Part shown: one piece after another, positions 34,599 through 43,900 of the stretch
Layout: every line of letters begins with the position of its first letter
Numbering within the stretch: position 1 is the first letter of the stretch
The notes under the pieces: model-generated
Told to the model about the DNA's origin: nothing
Databases searched by the model: none
Seen by the model: only the letters and a program-made list of their open reading frames with translations
Translations under genes and position numbers: made by a program
Source: Spirochaetota bacterium
Lineage (GTDB): Bacteria; Spirochaetota; UBA4802; UBA5550
Length of the DNA stretch: 64,000 nucleotides
Reading direction: 5' to 3'
Assembly (NCBI GenBank): GCA_963663865.1
Contig: OY760686.1
Location: 832,001-896,000 of the forward strand

Positions 34599-35111
34599 AT
34601 GAAAATACAGAAAAAAAGGGTTAGTTCTGAAGGTCTTGATTTGCAGGAGAAAATTGTAACCATTAATCGTGTTGCTAAAGTTGTAAAGGGTGGACGCAGG
34701 TTTTCTTTTAGTGCACTCGCTGTTATAGGTGATGGACATGGGCATGTCGGGGTTGGATTTGGTAAGGCCAATGAAGTTCCAGATGCAATTGATAAAAGCA
34801 AAGAAGATGCAAAAAAGAATGTTTTTAAGATAAGTACAAGGAAGACAACTATTCCTCATGAGGTTATAGGCAGATTTAAATCTGCAAATGTTATTATGAA
34901 ACCTGCCTCACCTGGTACTGGTATTATTGCAGGTCCATCGGTTAGGGCAGTGCTCGAACGAGTTGGAATATCGGATATTTTAACTAAAGCACAGGGCTCA
35001 AGAAATCCAATAAATCTAGTAAAGGCAACATTAGATGGATTAAAGCAATTGAGAAGTCTTGAAGAGGCCTCAAGAATTAGAGACATTTCAGTTTCAAAAT
35101 TATGGCAATAG
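34599..35111 (+). CDS. rpsE: 30S ribosomal protein S5
   Basis: [25 protein letters not shown]. Confidence 0.98.
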   Translation: MKIQKKRVSSEGLDLQEKIVTINRVAKVVKGGRRFSFSALAVIGDGHGHVGVGFGKANEVPDAIDKSKEDAKKNVFKISTRKTTIPHEVIGRFKSANVIMKPASPGTGIIAGPSVRAVLERVGISDILTKAQGSRNPINLVKATLDGLKQLRSLEEASRIRDISVSKLWQ

Positions 35112-35120
35112 GTTTGGAAA

Positions 35121-35303
35121 ATGGGAAAAAGAATTATAGTTCAACAAGTAAAAAGTACAATTTCTTCTAAGCCTTCTCAGAGATTAACGATGAGGGCTTT
35201 AGGTCTAAGGAAGATAAATTCTCAACGTGAATTTGAAGATACTAAGGTGCTAAGAGGCATGATAGCTAAAGTTTCACATATGGTCAAAGTTACTGAAATT
35301 TAG
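35121..35303 (+). CDS. rpmD: 50S ribosomal protein L30
   Basis: ALGLRKIN, GMIAKVSHMV. Confidence 0.94.
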   Translation: MGKRIIVQQVKSTISSKPSQRLTMRALGLRKINSQREFEDTKVLRGMIAKVSHMVKVTEI

Positions 35304-35322
35304 TAGTAGAGGTTCTATATAA

Positions 35323-35757
35323 ATGGATACATATAAATTAGTAAAACCTGCTGGAATGAAAGATCGGAAGAGAGTGGGCCGTGGAAACAGCAGCGGGACT
35401 GGAAAAACCAGTGGACGTGGGCAAAAAGGACAGGGAAGTAGATCTGGATTTTCAATGAGACCTGGTTTTGAGGGTGGACAAATGCCTCTCCAGCGCAGGG
35501 TTCCCAAAAGGGGTTTTAACAACATTTTCAAAACTAAATATTGTATTATAAATGTTGGTCAGATAGAGAAAATTGATGATCAGGATATAGATTTTGTAGT
35601 TTTGAAAAAAGCTGGACTTATAAAGAAAGCTGACAAGCCAATAAAAATATTGGGTAATGGTGAATTAACAAAGGCAAAAAATATTACTGCAAATATTTTT
35701 TCTAAGACTGCTGTGGAAAAAATTGAAAAAGCTGGTGGAAAGGTTATAAAAAACTAA
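35323..35757 (+). CDS. rplO: 50S ribosomal protein L15
   Basis: GKTSGRGQKGQ, GFEGGQMPL. Confidence 0.98.
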   Translation: MDTYKLVKPAGMKDRKRVGRGNSSGTGKTSGRGQKGQGSRSGFSMRPGFEGGQMPLQRRVPKRGFNNIFKTKYCIINVGQIEKIDDQDIDFVVLKKAGLIKKADKPIKILGNGELTKAKNITANIFSKTAVEKIEKAGGKVIKN

Positions 35758-35801
35758 CTGGATCTGGTTTAATATAAAAGACGGCTAATGAAGGTTCTAT
35801 A

Positions 35802-37136
35802 ATGCTTAATGTTATAAAGAATATTTTTAAAATTTCAGAGCTTCGAAAACGAATTGTTTTTACACTATTTATACTTGTTGTTTATAGGATTGGTGCGCAT
35901 ATACCAATTCCTGGTATTAATATTGAAGCATTAAAGGAATACTTTGCTGGGGCACAGAGCTCAGGTTTTATGGATTTCTTTGACCTTTTTTCTGGAGGAG
36001 CATTAAAAAGATTTACGGTTTTTGCGTTAGGGATTATGCCCTATATTTCTGCTTCTATCATAATAGACCTTCTAAAGGTAGTATTCCCATATCTTGATGC
36101 GCTATCTAAGGAAGGACCTGAAGGAAGAAAAAAACTTAATTTGTATGTAAAATATGGTACTGTATTCCTTTGTGTTATTCAATCTTTTGCTCTAACTATG
36201 TGGTTGAAATCCATGAAAACCTCATCAGGTTCTGTTGTACCCACTGATTCCGGATTTTCATTTGTAATTGTATCTATTGTGGCTATAACGACAGGGACAA
36301 TGATTTTAATGTGGCTTGGTGAGATTATTACTGAGCGCGGAATTGGTAATGGTATATCATTGATTATTATGGCTGGTATCGTAGTACGAGCGCCTCAGGC
36401 TGTCGCTCAAACTATGAGGAAAATATCTGAAACTGGAGAGCCGATAGTTGGTATCCTCCTAATAGGTTTATTTCTTGTTGTTGTAGCAGCATCTATAATG
36501 CTCACACAGGGAGCTAGAAGAATACCAGTTCAGTATGGCAAAAAGGTATCTGGAAATGGTATGACTCAAAATGCTGCTCAATTTATACCACTAAAGGTTA
36601 ATGCGGCAGGAGTAATACCAATTATTTTTGCATCAGCGTTACTTATGTTTCCTTCTCAGTTGATTAGCATGATCGGATCGACAGATTCGCCTATAATAAA
36701 CAAATTGAGTTATCTCCTTTCTCCAGGACAGGTATTACATGTAGTTCTTTATGCGGGTCTTATTATCTTTTTCTGTTTCTTTTATACTGCAATAAAATTT
36801 AATCCTGTTGACATTGCAGACAACTTAAAAAAATATGGTGGTTTCATCCCTGGAATAAGGCCGGGTCAAAACACGACTGATTATTTAATGTCGGTGCTTA
36901 ATAGAATAACTTTATTTGGAGCTGTATTTCTCGCAGTAATAGCAATTATACCAGATTTTGTTATAACTCTATGGCCTGAGCAGGTTGCACCTGAGATGGC
37001 ATATATGTTCGGAGGAACTTCTCTTCTCATCATTGTAGGAGTTGCGTTAGATACATTAAAACAAATTGAGTCTCATCTACTCATGAGGCACTATGACGGA
37101 TTCATTAAGAACAAGAGAATTAAAGGAAGATATTAG
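35802..37136 (+). CDS. secY: Preprotein translocase subunit SecY
   Basis: [29 protein letters not shown]. Confidence 0.99.
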   Translation: MLNVIKNIFKISELRKRIVFTLFILVVYRIGAHIPIPGINIEALKEYFAGAQSSGFMDFFDLFSGGALKRFTVFALGIMPYISASIIIDLLKVVFPYLDALSKEGPEGRKKLNLYVKYGTVFLCVIQSFALTMWLKSMKTSSGSVVPTDSGFSFVIVSIVAITTGTMILMWLGEIITERGIGNGISLIIMAGIVVRAPQAVAQTMRKISETGEPIVGILLIGLFLVVVAASIMLTQGARRIPVQYGKKVSGNGMTQNAAQFIPLKVNAAGVIPIIFASALLMFPSQLISMIGSTDSPIINKLSYLLSPGQVLHVVLYAGLIIFFCFFYTAIKFNPVDIADNLKKYGGFIPGIRPGQNTTDYLMSVLNRITLFGAVFLAVIAIIPDFVITLWPEQVAPEMAYMFGGTSLLIIVGVALDTLKQIESHLLMRHYDGFIKNKRIKGRY

Positions 37137-37153
37137 AAAGAGATTATAATACT

Positions 37154-37372
37154 ATGGCGAAAGAAGATCCAATTGAAGTAGAGGGAGTTGTAATAGAGCC
37201 TTTACCAAATGCTATGTTTCGTGTAAAGCTTGACAATGGACATACCGTTCTGGCTCATATATCGGGTAAAATGAGGATGCACTACATTCGTATTTTATCT
37301 GGTGACAGGGTCACGGTAGAGCTTTCTCCGTATGATTTGAAAAGAGGAAGAATAACATATAGATCAAAGTGA
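37154..37372 (+). CDS. infA: Translation initiation factor IF-1
   Basis: [14 protein letters not shown]. Confidence 0.98.
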   Translation: MAKEDPIEVEGVVIEPLPNAMFRVKLDNGHTVLAHISGKMRMHYIRILSGDRVTVELSPYDLKRGRITYRSK

Positions 37373-37418
37373 TAAACTGATTATATATGTTTATTTGTTA
37401 ATGTAAGAGGGAAATTAA

Positions 37419-37553
37419 ATGAAGGTCAGAGTATCGGTAAAAAAAATGTGTAATGATTGCAAAGTAATTAAACGGCATGGTGTCCTCAGGGTTATTTGTA
37501 CTGATCCAAGGCACAAACAACGACAAAAGATACGAACAATAAAAAAACATTAG
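37419..37553 (+). CDS. rpmJ: 50S ribosomal protein L36 with basic C-terminal extension (not in ORF track)
   Basis: Hand translation [44 protein letters not shown] (44 aa). Confidence 0.95.
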   Translation: MKVRVSVKKMCNDCKVIKRHGVLRVICTDPRHKQRQKIRTIKKH

Positions 37554-37571
37554 AATAATTTAAGAGGACTT

Positions 37572-37946
37572 ATGGCAAGGATTTCAGGTGTTGACTTACC
37601 TAACAATAAGAAAGTAGTATTTGCTCTTACTTATATTTATGGAATAGGTCTTACTACTGCAAAGAAGATAGTTTTTGATTCAGGTGTTGATTCTGAAAGA
37701 AGAGTAAAGGATCTTACTGAGGAAGAGATAAATAATATTAGAAAAGCAATAGATACTTCATATAAAGTCGAAGGTGATCTTAGAACTGAACAGGCAATGA
37801 ATATTAAGAGATTAATGGATATTGGCTGCTACAGAGGTATGAGGCATAGAAGAGGTTTACCTGTAAGGGGTCAAAATACTAAAAATAATGCAAGAACAAG
37901 AAAAAACAATAGAAGACATTCAGCGGTTGCCAGAAAGGGTAGGTAA
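37572..37946 (+). CDS. rpsM: 30S ribosomal protein S13
   Basis: [23 protein letters not shown]. Confidence 0.98.
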   Translation: MARISGVDLPNNKKVVFALTYIYGIGLTTAKKIVFDSGVDSERRVKDLTEEEINNIRKAIDTSYKVEGDLRTEQAMNIKRLMDIGCYRGMRHRRGLPVRGQNTKNNARTRKNNRRHSAVARKGR

Positions 37947-37956
37947 GGAGTAAACT

Positions 37957-38343
37957 GTGAAACAGAAAAAGACAAAAAAACGTGAAAAAAAGAATATTCC
38001 AGTAGGAAAAGCTTTTATTAGAGCGACATATAACAATACAATCATCTCTCTGACTGATATGCAGGGGAATGTGGTATCATGGTCGACAGCCGGTGGTGAA
38101 GGTTTCAAAGGATCACGAAAGTCAACTCCATTTGCAGCTCAAATGGCTGCAAAGACTGCAGCTCAAAAAGCTATGGATGTTGCAGGATTAAAAACGGTAG
38201 AGGTTTTTGTCAAGGGACCTGGAATTGGCCGTGAGGCTGCAATAAGATCACTGTTTCAATCCGGATTGAATGTAACAAAGATTAAAGATATTACTCCTGT
38301 GCCACATAATGGTTGCAGACCAAAAAAACGTAGAAGAGTTTAA
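37957..38343 (+). CDS. rpsK: 30S ribosomal protein S11
   Basis: [24 protein letters not shown]. Confidence 0.98.
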   Translation: MKQKKTKKREKKNIPVGKAFIRATYNNTIISLTDMQGNVVSWSTAGGEGFKGSRKSTPFAAQMAAKTAAQKAMDVAGLKTVEVFVKGPGIGREAAIRSLFQSGLNVTKIKDITPVPHNGCRPKKRRRV

Positions 38344-38358
38344 TGGAGTTATAGAGAA

Positions 38359-38991
38359 ATGGCTAAATATACAGGACCAGCATGTAAATTATGCAGAAGA
38401 GAAATGCAGCCTTTGATGCTCAAAGGGCAAAGATGTTTAACAGAAAAATGCCCATTAAAGGGTAATAAGAAATTTCCTCCAGGACCACCAAGAAAAAGAC
38501 GATCAAAAATGTCTGATTATGCTGTTCAGCTTCGTGAAAAGCAGAAGATTAAGAGATCATATGGAATGCTTGAAAAACAGTTTAGAATCCTTTTTGAAAG
38601 GGCAGTTCGAATGAAGGGAGTTACGGGTGGAAACCTTTTGTCTCTTTTAGAGAGAAGGCTTGACAATGTTGTTTACAGAATGGGATTTGCTTCTTCCAGG
38701 AAGCAGGCTAGACAAATAGTTAGTCATAATCACATAAAAGTAGATGGAATTGTAGTTAATATTTCATCATTCTCAGTGAAAGAAAATTCTGTTGTTGAGA
38801 TAGTTGATTCATATAAAGAAAATGCTATCCTTGATGATGCGGTTAAACTTGCAAAAGCAGTTGGATCAATACCTGAATGGGTAGATGTTGATCATGAGAA
38901 GAAATCTGGAAAAATTATGAGATTACCCGTCCGTTCGGATATAATTGCTGATTTTAATGAACAGCAAGTTGTTGAATTATATTCAAAGTAA
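38359..38991 (+). CDS. rpsD: 30S ribosomal protein S4 (Zn-binding type)
   Basis: CKLCRRE, LERRLDNVVYR. Confidence 0.98.
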   Translation: MAKYTGPACKLCRREMQPLMLKGQRCLTEKCPLKGNKKFPPGPPRKRRSKMSDYAVQLREKQKIKRSYGMLEKQFRILFERAVRMKGVTGGNLLSLLERRLDNVVYRMGFASSRKQARQIVSHNHIKVDGIVVNISSFSVKENSVVEIVDSYKENAILDDAVKLAKAVGSIPEWVDVDHEKKSGKIMRLPVRSDIIADFNEQQVVELYSK

Positions 38992-39072
38992 GGTCATAGT
39001 GTGACTTGGTTTTTTTGCTAAGTAACCTTTGACTGTTTTAATTGTTTTTTTAATTTTCGAATGGAGGTAAAA

Positions 39073-40038
39073 ATGGCCCCAAAAAATCTTTTAAAGGGCT
39101 TTAAAAGACCTAGTAAAATAACCTTCGAACATGATCAGGTTACACCTAATTATGGACGATTCATAGCAGAGCCCTTTGAAAAAGGTTATGGTCTGACTAT
39201 AGGAAATTCATTGCGAAGAGTTTTACTCTCGTCAATAGAAGGAAGCGCAATTACAGCATTTAAGATAGAAGGAGTTCCGCATGAATTTCAAGCTATTAAG
39301 GGTGTTTATGAAGATGTAACCAGGGTAGTACTAAATCTAAAGAAATTATGTTTTAAATACGATGGTGAATTACAAAAAGTAATACATATACAAAAAAAAG
39401 GATCAGGTCAATTAACTGGGGCAGATTTTGATGTAGACCCCGAAATCAAGGTCATGAACCCTGAGTTGATAATAGCAAATCTCAGTGACGAAGCTGATAT
39501 AGATATGGAAGTTCAGATCGAAAAAGGCAGAGGGTACGTTCCAGCTGAGATTAATAAGAGTGACAATGAGACTGTTGGAGTCATTGCAATTGATTCTATA
39601 TTTTCGCCAATTAAAAAAATAAATGTAAAAGTTGAAGATACACGAGTAGGACAAAGAACTGACTATGATAAATTAATCATGGAAATATGGACAGATGGGT
39701 CTATTACTCCTGATGATGCTCTTGCTCAAGCAGCAAAAATTATTAAAGATCATATGACAATCTTTATTAATTTTGAGGAAGTAGAAGAAGAGGAAGAAGA
39801 GGTTGTTGATGAGAATTTAGAAAAACAACGCGTCCTTCTCGCAAAATCTATTGATGAAATTGAATTTTCAGTACGGGCTTATAATACACTTAAGTCAATA
39901 GATGTATCCTCGCTAGATAATCTGGTTCGTAAAACAGAAGATGAATTAAAGAAATCTAAACACTACAGCGAAGTTGTTAATAAAGAGATTAAGTCAAAAT
40001 TAGAAAATCTTCATCTTAGCATGGGACTTAAGGAATAA
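39073..40038 (+). CDS. rpoA: RNA polymerase alpha subunit
   Basis: GNSLRRVLLSS, RVGQRTDYDKL; GGAGG before ATG 39073. Confidence 0.98.
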   Translation: MAPKNLLKGFKRPSKITFEHDQVTPNYGRFIAEPFEKGYGLTIGNSLRRVLLSSIEGSAITAFKIEGVPHEFQAIKGVYEDVTRVVLNLKKLCFKYDGELQKVIHIQKKGSGQLTGADFDVDPEIKVMNPELIIANLSDEADIDMEVQIEKGRGYVPAEINKSDNETVGVIAIDSIFSPIKKINVKVEDTRVGQRTDYDKLIMEIWTDGSITPDDALAQAAKIIKDHMTIFINFEEVEEEEEEVVDENLEKQRVLLAKSIDEIEFSVRAYNTLKSIDVSSLDNLVRKTEDELKKSKHYSEVVNKEIKSKLENLHLSMGLKE

Positions 40039-40049
40039 TGGAGTAGAAA

Positions 40050-40472
40050 ATGAGAAATCTTAATAATGTTAAGCAATTAGGAAAAACAAACTCGCATAGA
40101 AAGAGTATGTTTGGGAATATGATAACATCGCTTTTCGATCATGAAAGAATTGTTACAACAAAGGAAAAGGGGAAAGAGTTAAAGAGATTATCTGAAAAGA
40201 TGATTACAAGGGCAAAAAGAAATATAGACCTTTCCGAACAAGAACTCGAAAAGAAGTTGCACAATAAAAGAGAAGTCATGAAGTTAATAAAAAACAGAGA
40301 TGTAGTATCAAAACTTTTTGATGATATAGCCATCAGGTTTAAAGAAAGAAATGGTGGATATACACGAATGTATTTGTTAGGGAAAAGAAAAGGTGATGCT
40401 GCAGAAATGGCTATAGTTGAACTTGTTGATAGAAGTAAAAAAAGTAACAATAAAATAGATAATAAAAAATAA
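40050..40472 (+). CDS. rplQ: 50S ribosomal protein L17
   Basis: HERIVTT, RNGGYTR, GDAAEMAIVELV. Confidence 0.97.
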   Translation: MRNLNNVKQLGKTNSHRKSMFGNMITSLFDHERIVTTKEKGKELKRLSEKMITRAKRNIDLSEQELEKKLHNKREVMKLIKNRDVVSKLFDDIAIRFKERNGGYTRMYLLGKRKGDAAEMAIVELVDRSKKSNNKIDNKK

Positions 40473-40497
40473 AGCGGGTTTCCGCTTTATTTTTTAT
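40471..40497. terminator. Bidirectional terminator between rplQ and the convergent gene
   Basis: AAAGCGG-GTTT-CCGCTTT flanked by A-rich and T-rich tracts. Confidence 0.7.
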
Positions 40498-41347
40498 TGA
40501 GATGTTTGATCTCTATTGAGTAAATAAGGTTTTCATTGTCTATTGCATCTACTTTATAATCATCAGGAATTCTGTCATCAAAAATTGTTCTCATCTTTTT
40601 TCCAAGAATATTATGTTTTTTTTGAATCTCACCTAGATCGTTAATGTTCCTAATCTTGTAAATTTCAATACCGTATTGTTTACCTTCCCTGCACATATCA
40701 ATTATATTCATATAGTTATTAATTACTGAATTCATATCTACAGATGTCATTTTTTTCTTCTTTTTAAGTAAATCTATATCGGGATTGTTGAATTTCCTGA
40801 GTGCCAATTGATAACTTTTATATCCCTGTTGCAGATATGCTTCTATTTTTTCTCTATCATAGAAAAAATGAAAATCTTTTGATGAATATTGATCATTATA
40901 TGGTTTAATATCTTCAAGGGGGTTAAAAGGACGATTGAAATATTGGGCGAAAGAACTGTATTTGTTAAAATCAATAATTATATCGAAAGTTTCTTTTGTC
41001 GTAGAATCAAGAATTAATTTTGTTCGTTCTAGATAGTTTTTAGCTACTATTTCGGTAAAAATTATTAACTCTTTCTTAAGGTTCATAAACTTTATAACCG
41101 CGTCTGAATATGATAATCCATAATAATTAATTCCAGCTTGATTGAATAAATCTTTGATTTTTTCAAAATTGGTTTTATTAATTTCAGATGGATAATTTGA
41201 TACTATATTGCTAAGTTTTCTGATAACATTCATCGTGTAATAATAATCATCAGTCGCTTTAACTGATGAAGAAACAGCTTTTGTTTCAATAGGTGTAAGA
41301 AATGTTAAAACAAGAGATAGCATTACTAGTGTAGACTTTATTGACAT
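40487..41347 (-). CDS. Secreted helical hypothetical protein (recalled similarity to Leptospira LIC11274-type proteins, unverified)
   Basis: Signal peptide MSIKSTLVMLSLVLTFLTPIETKA from ATG 41347; C-terminal IFDDRIPDDY; divergent from DUF2225-truA. Confidence 0.6.
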   Translation of the reverse strand: MSIKSTLVMLSLVLTFLTPIETKAVSSSVKATDDYYYTMNVIRKLSNIVSNYPSEINKTNFEKIKDLFNQAGINYYGLSYSDAVIKFMNLKKELIIFTEIVAKNYLERTKLILDSTTKETFDIIIDFNKYSSFAQYFNRPFNPLEDIKPYNDQYSSKDFHFFYDREKIEAYLQQGYKSYQLALRKFNNPDIDLLKKKKKMTSVDMNSVINNYMNIIDMCREGKQYGIEIYKIRNINDLGEIQKKHNILGKKMRTIFDDRIPDDYKVDAIDNENLIYSIEIKHLNKK

Positions 41348-41504
41348 ATTGATCCTCTTTGTTACTAAGATAGCGAGTGATTTGATATAACAACTCATCT
41401 TTATTGTCGGTATATAATAAGAAAAACTATATTTTGTGTTGATTAATACATCATATCGTTGTGATAAATTATTTTAGTTTAGTATTTGAAAAAGGAGAGA
41501 AAAT

Positions 41505-42374
41505 ATGAATTCTGTTCGCAAAATATCATTTAGACAAAAAAATTCAATAAAATGTCCAATTTGTTCAAATGAATTCTATAGAGAAGAGTTGTTTTCAGGC
41601 GGTGGGCGACTGATTGCTGGTGCGTTAACTGACGAATTAAGAAGACAATATGAAAATAATAAAAAATATGGCATTATTTACCCATTAGCTTATACATTAA
41701 CTGTTTGCAACAGGTGCTTGTATTCAGCTTTTCAAAAAGATTTCCTTGAAATTAATGATGAAGAAATCCAGAATATTCGAAACGGATCCAACAGTAGAGT
41801 TAGTGCTATTGAAAAGTATTTTGGAGAAATAGATTTCAATCAGGATAGAAACCTTTTATTGGGAGCTGCATCATATATGCTCGCTGTAGACTGTTACTCA
41901 AAGAGGAATAAAAAAATTGCACCTACATTTAAATCAGCGATTTCATCAATTCGAGCGGCATGGTTGTTTGATGATTTAGGTAAATTATATCCAGAAAAAA
42001 GTTTTAAAAAAATGTCATTATTTTTTTATAAAAAAGCGTATGTTTTATATTTAAAAGTAATTGAAAACTTTCAAAGCGGAGATGAACCGATTGAGAGCGT
42101 ACAGAATATGGGACCGGATACAGATAAAAATTGGGGTTATGAAGGGGTATTGTATATGTCTGCTGTTTTGACACTGAAGGTTGGTTCAAAAGAGCAAGAT
42201 ATGGGTATAAGATTAAATAATTTCAATGCCTGCAAAAGATATTTAAGCAGAATCTTTGGTCTGGGCAAGAGTTCAAAATCAAAACCTAGTGAAATATTAG
42301 ATAAAACAAGAAATCTTTACGATAAAATAAATCAATTAATAGAACAATGGGAAAAGGAAGCCAATATCAATTGA
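41505..42374 (+). CDS. DUF2225-family protein (Zn ribbon plus TPR-like helices)
   Basis: CPIC...CNRC, IRAAWL; upstream of truA as in other spirochetes. Confidence 0.75.
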   Translation: MNSVRKISFRQKNSIKCPICSNEFYREELFSGGGRLIAGALTDELRRQYENNKKYGIIYPLAYTLTVCNRCLYSAFQKDFLEINDEEIQNIRNGSNSRVSAIEKYFGEIDFNQDRNLLLGAASYMLAVDCYSKRNKKIAPTFKSAISSIRAAWLFDDLGKLYPEKSFKKMSLFFYKKAYVLYLKVIENFQSGDEPIESVQNMGPDTDKNWGYEGVLYMSAVLTLKVGSKEQDMGIRLNNFNACKRYLSRIFGLGKSSKSKPSEILDKTRNLYDKINQLIEQWEKEANIN

Positions 42375-43171
42375 AATACACATTAAAACTTCAATATAGC
42401 GGTACAAATTATGAAGGATGGCAGATTCAAAAAACAGGAAGAACTGTTCAAGCTGAAATTGAAAAAGCACTTCGAATATATCTGAAGAGAGATATTAGAA
42501 TTGCTTCTTCAGGAAGGACAGATACCGGCGTTCATGCTCTCGAGCAGTATGCATCGTTTGAATTTTGTGAAGAATTGAATCTTCAAAGACTTTGTATTGC
42601 ACTTAATGGAATATTAGATCGGGATGTTTCTGTAAAAAATGCTCATCAAATGAAAGATGACTTTCATGCGAGGTACAGCGCTGTAGCAAGAGAGTATAAG
42701 TACAAAATATATAATTCCCAGTTAAGATCTCCATTTATGAATTACTCTTCTATGTGGGTAAATAATAAATTAGATGTTTCGAGAATGAATGAATTGCTTT
42801 CAGCGTTAAAAGGAGAACATGATTTTGCTTCTTTCTGTAAAAAAAAATCAGCAAATGAAAACACGAATAGAACAATTTATGAAATAAAAGCAACCAAAAA
42901 AGATGAATGGATTCATATAAATATTATTGGCAATGCTTTTTTGCATAATATGATAAGGATAATGATTGGAACTGTAGTTGAAATTGTTACAAAAGATGGT
43001 TCGAAAAATGAAATTGAATTAATTTTAGAAAAAAAAGATCGGGAATATGCTGGAAAAACAGCACCGCCATATGGGCTATATCTTGCTTCAGTTTTCTATG
43101 GAGAGGATGTTGAAGTTATTAAGAGCGCATTCGGTGATGATATTAAACGGCTTAATTACCGGAGATATTAA
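42371..43171 (+). CDS. truA: tRNA pseudouridine(38-40) synthase
   Basis: GWQIQ, SGRTDTGVHA, FHARY, GNAFLHNMIR, APPYGLYL; TTG start overlapping the upstream TGA. Confidence 0.96.
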   Translation: MKYTLKLQYSGTNYEGWQIQKTGRTVQAEIEKALRIYLKRDIRIASSGRTDTGVHALEQYASFEFCEELNLQRLCIALNGILDRDVSVKNAHQMKDDFHARYSAVAREYKYKIYNSQLRSPFMNYSSMWVNNKLDVSRMNELLSALKGEHDFASFCKKKSANENTNRTIYEIKATKKDEWIHINIIGNAFLHNMIRIMIGTVVEIVTKDGSKNEIELILEKKDREYAGKTAPPYGLYLASVFYGEDVEVIKSAFGDDIKRLNYRRY

Positions 43172-43312
43172 TTATTGTTTGACTAAAGGGTCGTAAAAAA
43201 AAGATATAATAACTTACCCTTCAATTTGCAGACTTAGAGAGGGTTTTGTTTTATGTTAGATGCTCAAGATTGAGCTTTAGGCGTAATTCAGTATTGTTGA
43301 TGGTGGTCAAGT

Positions 43313-43885
43313 ATGAGAAAGTGCACGCTTTATGTGTTTGTTATTCTTTTTTTTATTCTCTTTGCTGTGTCTGATTTGTTTGCTTATTCAGCGCGCAAGG
43401 ATAATTTTTTCAAGCCTCAGGTGGGTCTATGGTTTGGTCCCATAAGCCCGGTATTTGAAACTGCTGATCTGGTGGATAATAATCTTGGTATTGGCATGTT
43501 TTTTAGACATAACACGCCGTTTCAGCCTCTCAAAGTGGGTTATGAAACTTCATATCAATACTTCTCTTCAAGGGGGGTGAACCGACTTTATTTTGTACCA
43601 ACATATATGAACCTATTGTACCTTCTTCCTTTCAACCTGCCTGTAAAGCTTCAAATCAAAGCTGGAGCTGGTGCAGCGTGGATGAAGATAAAACCTGACA
43701 ATGTCAGCAGATGGAATCCCATCTTAAATACTGGTGCTGAAATGTCCTTCCCCGCAGGTCGTTTTGTTAATATTGGATTAAGGTTAGATTATTACTATAT
43801 ATATGAAAAATATATAGATAATGCAGCGATAAACGGTCATATAGTTAATGCTGGGCTCCAGTTGTATTTCAATATCAGCATATAA
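43313..43885 (+). CDS. Small outer-membrane beta-barrel-like protein
   Basis: Signal peptide, alternating aromatic/glycine beta strands, C-terminal NAGLQLYFNI. Confidence 0.6.
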   Translation: MRKCTLYVFVILFFILFAVSDLFAYSARKDNFFKPQVGLWFGPISPVFETADLVDNNLGIGMFFRHNTPFQPLKVGYETSYQYFSSRGVNRLYFVPTYMNLLYLLPFNLPVKLQIKAGAGAAWMKIKPDNVSRWNPILNTGAEMSFPAGRFVNIGLRLDYYYIYEKYIDNAAINGHIVNAGLQLYFNISI

Positions 43886-43900
43886 AATAATGAGGATTAA

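Noticed and set aside
35310-35801. AGGTTCTATA before both the rplO and secY starts
   Set aside because: Explained by an AGGT Shine-Dalgarno variant plus an AT-rich spacer
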